A stretch of 64,000 nucleotides of DNA from Saccostrea cucullata (taxonomy: Eukaryota). The notes beneath the pieces are model-generated. The model saw nothing but the letters and a program-made list of their open reading frames with translations, was not told the origin of the DNA and did not search any database. The stretch is from the NCBI RefSeq assembly GCF_032062105.1, contig NW_026936150.1:186001-250000 (forward strand), in the 5' to 3' direction. Both the position numbers and the translations under genes were made by a program. This document shows positions 60,664 to 64,000 of this stretch, one piece after another. Position 1 is the first letter of the stretch; each line of letters opens with the position of its first letter.

Positions 60664-62239
60664 GTAAATAGTAGAGGCTTTAAATTATAAACAGATTAAG
60701 AGAAATGTTCACATCGATTTAAAATTGGGATGTTTCGAAGGAGATAAAAGTTTTCATTGATCTAACATTGTTTGACCGAGGCATATTGAATTTAAAACAT
60801 TGCTGTGACGTCATGCCTTTGTTCTTGCAGTCTTAATCATTGTTTTATTCAATAAAGGGGATAAATATAATTTTGAATGATTAAAATATTCTTTTTATTC
60901 AGAGCTATAACTGCGGTCAAACTTGAAAGGCGTTATTATAAGTAAGGTATAACTTCTTTAGAAATATGTGATGTATTATGTATTGGATTAATATATTTGT
61001 AACTCTGAAATAATAGTTATCTGATCTTCAAATTCAAAACTTTCCTCCTGGTATCATTTTTAAAAAGCGTTCAGATTTCATATTTTCATGATTTGTGACA
61101 TTAAAATATAAATCAGAAGTTATAAAAAAGGCGGAATGCATAAACCTTTTAGCTATAGCATTTTAACTTTAAAAGTTTTGAAAAATCACAACATAGATTT
61201 TTCTACTCGTTTGAAACGTTTTAAATTAACAACCGATTTTTAAAAAGGGTATAATCCAAAGAACAATTTATAAAGCATACATAAAAAGCTAAAAAATACC
61301 AAATATTAAGTTCATTAAAAAAAGTTTTTCTAAAACACAGTCGTTAAAATTGGGATTCCGAAACATATTGTTACAACGTTACAAACCATGAAATAATATA
61401 AATGGAATCTCTCAAACTTTTTTAATTGATTGAAAATGACAGAAATACTGGTTTGTATATGGTCGTTTACCTTTCTAACACGATTGTTTATATTTCAAAA
61501 CACATACTCCATCCTTATAAAGTGTTCAAGACTGAATCTATCTATATACTTTGGCCATCATCTGGTATATTCAGCGACAGTTTTCATAATGGCATTGAAG
61601 TTCTGTGATTAATTGAAAGATTGGGGTTGTCTGTATGAAAGACTAAATAGATAGCTTACGCCGGTCGACAGAGGATGCTTTCTCCTCCATGACATCTGAT
61701 CCAATCAATGATAATTTTAGAGGTATGCGTTTGCTTTTCCCCCCAGGTTGTAATAATTGGATTTTTGAGCTTGATAATTGTTCATTGTCTTCATTTTTCA
61801 TATTTACATTGTATTTATTTGTTTTAAAACATCATTTTTATTTATTCTACTTTGTCTTAAATGACTTTTTAGCGTATAGTTGTAAGAAAAAAGCGAATTT
61901 TAGATACTAGTACACCTAAGATTTTGTTTTAGATTCACAATATCTAGGTACTATAAGATTATTTCATTCTTAAGATTGCAAAAGAAACAATTATATAATA
62001 TCTGTAAGATATGTGGGATGAACATTTCAAATTTATAATAACTTAATTTTTTTAAAATTAATTTGATTTAAGCTCACATCATCTATTCCTAATTCTTTTT
62101 TTCAGAATCAAAAATATTATATTCTAGTTCACATATGATGAACTAAAATTTAAGTGCAGGACAATATATATTACCGCAAAACTAGTCTCTTTTGAATTTT
62201 CAGAATCAAACTATGGACTAAGATTCTTCAGTAAAAATA

Positions 62240-63460
62240 TCTGGAGATAACGAACAATATTTAATTTCAAAAGTGCATTAAACTTACAAAATAGGAAGGG
62301 AGCAAAAATGGACCTCCAAACATCAGAGATTGGATCAGGTGTAATTGAAAAATGATCATTCCCTGCTTATTGGTCACACCCGCTGTGTGCTTCCTGTCAT
62401 AATCGGGAAAGAAAACGGAAAAATCGGTGGACAACTCGGTTTGTAAACAATAGCCTAACAATCAGTATGAAAAAGTTTAATCAGCATTTGACAAAATGAT
62501 AAATTGCTTTGCTGACAAGGTCATTTTATCGACCATGGAACTTGCGAAATGGTGCTTTAATCGAAGCTGTTGTTATCTTGTTTCATGAACTTGTTTGTCA
62601 ATAATTTACCTCGTTTTAGATATTGTTCATACGAAGAATATGCTCTTCCTTATCGAATGAACTGAGAGAAATAACCTCAGTATGCAGGTAACAAATGTTT
62701 ATTGCTACATAATGTGGAATCATTTTAATTCGGGGGGGAGGGGGGTCAATGTTTGTGTATTAGGAAAATTTTGTTGGTTCGTGGAGACGTAATTTTGTGG
62801 GTAATTCGTATATTTAGAAAAATTCGGAGAATAAATATATACAAAATTATTGTTCGTGGGGATGTAAATTCGTGGATAAATGTGACCAAGGAAATATTTG
62901 TCCCCGAAGAACAATGATGATTCTACAGTAAGTAAAGGAAGTTGACGGTAGAAAAATTAAAGTCATCACGTTTATCATAAAGCATGGTTGATGGATAAAA
63001 TTTCATTTTTTTAAAAAGTAAAATATCTAAATATGAAAACACATGGGTCAACCTCTGTGGTATCTTTTACTTCAAGGTCACCGGGATATGTCGACATAAA
63101 ATGGGAATAACTTTTTTAATTGACAATGCGTCGACGATATATCTGAATGGCGAGTTGAAGGTCACAACAAGGTTTTTTTTTAAAACAAATTGTTCTTCAT
63201 ATGAATACAGGAATAGGTCTGCTAATAACAGGGCGCAATTGGTAGTCATAGGAATTCCAAATGAGTGTTGGAAGACCTATCTCCAAAAACCACATAGATA
63301 CAGTATTATCAATCAGAGCCTCAATCTTCTTTTTGACATCAACTTTTAAGCAAGTAATTTTGCAAATGACCAACGATAAGTAAATTTACGAGTTCCATTT
63401 AAAAAACAAAAGCAGTTGTCAATGATGTCAGAGAGCCTGGATTTAAATCGTTGGGAATGG
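62240..63460 (-). mobile_element. Penelope-like RT fragment interrupted by a MITE at ~62712-62930
   Basis: TNCALLLADLFLYSYE...FRYIVD and the conserved 3' motif. The insertion has tgtggaatcatt...atgattctacagta ends. Confidence 0.8.
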
Positions 63461-64000
63461 TCCATTTAAGAATATCAAGAAAAAAGAGTGAAGTTAAATG
63501 CAATTTAAAAAAAAAATTAACTGTTTATTTGAGCAAGCCAAATTGAGTCCAAACAGACATAAGATATATTTAGCCTATAGTATGATTGCTATCTATGACA
63601 AAACCTATGTTTAAGTGTTTTCAAAAAAAGGTCCATAACATTCACGCTGGCGAAGTGCAGGCTGGACAGATTCCTTTAATAATTGCAATAATTATATTCA
63701 GTGCCATTTTCCCTGTTAAGTATTCTTATTGGGTCTAGAGAATGCTGGTTTTCACTGCATTTAACCTTGCGACAAAGGAAATAGTTTAAGGACTTTTTTC
63801 ATATTTAGCTATTTTCTTTGAGAAATTCCCATTTGTACATTTTTCCCTCTCTTTTTTTCAAATATGTACAAAACAACAACAATATAAAAGTTGGATTTAA
63901 CCTTATTTAAGGTTTTAAGAAATGATTAGGTGTTATATGGGTTTGAACAAGCAAAGAATGTGCATTTAAAAAAAAAAATATTTTTTTGAACTATCGACCG

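Overview
AT-rich, intron-rich animal genomic DNA, most likely a bivalve (oyster-like, inferred from a ~166-bp Cg170/HindIII-type satellite inside a non-autonomous Helitron/HINE, a tRNA-derived SINE and abundant Penelope-like RT relics). I reconstructed three spliced genes by hand from AG/GT boundaries and reading phase. (1) + strand, ~7.8-37.5 kb: a modular gene largely missed by the ORF track. It has more than 20 mostly 30-72-nt phase-0 microexons encoding a Tyr/Arg/Asp/Gly-rich low-complexity N-terminus, an apparent alternative first exon encoding a coiled coil, a shared exon that begins a DUF1330-like (dimeric alpha-beta barrel) domain, and two paralogous 3-exon C-terminal cassettes that both fit onto that shared exon. 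(2) - strand, 39.6-52.0 kb: an 11-exon VWA7-like type-I membrane protein (~566 aa) whose N-terminal His/Asp motifs are substituted; a degenerate Ty3/Gypsy LTR retrotransposon sits in intron 2. (3) - strand, 53.2-60.7 kb: a C-type-lectin + PAN-like + Ser/Thr-stalk membrane protein. The rest is about 16 Penelope-like 3' fragments, HINEs, SINEs, MITEs, micro/minisatellites and one N gap. All gene models are predictions without transcript evidence.
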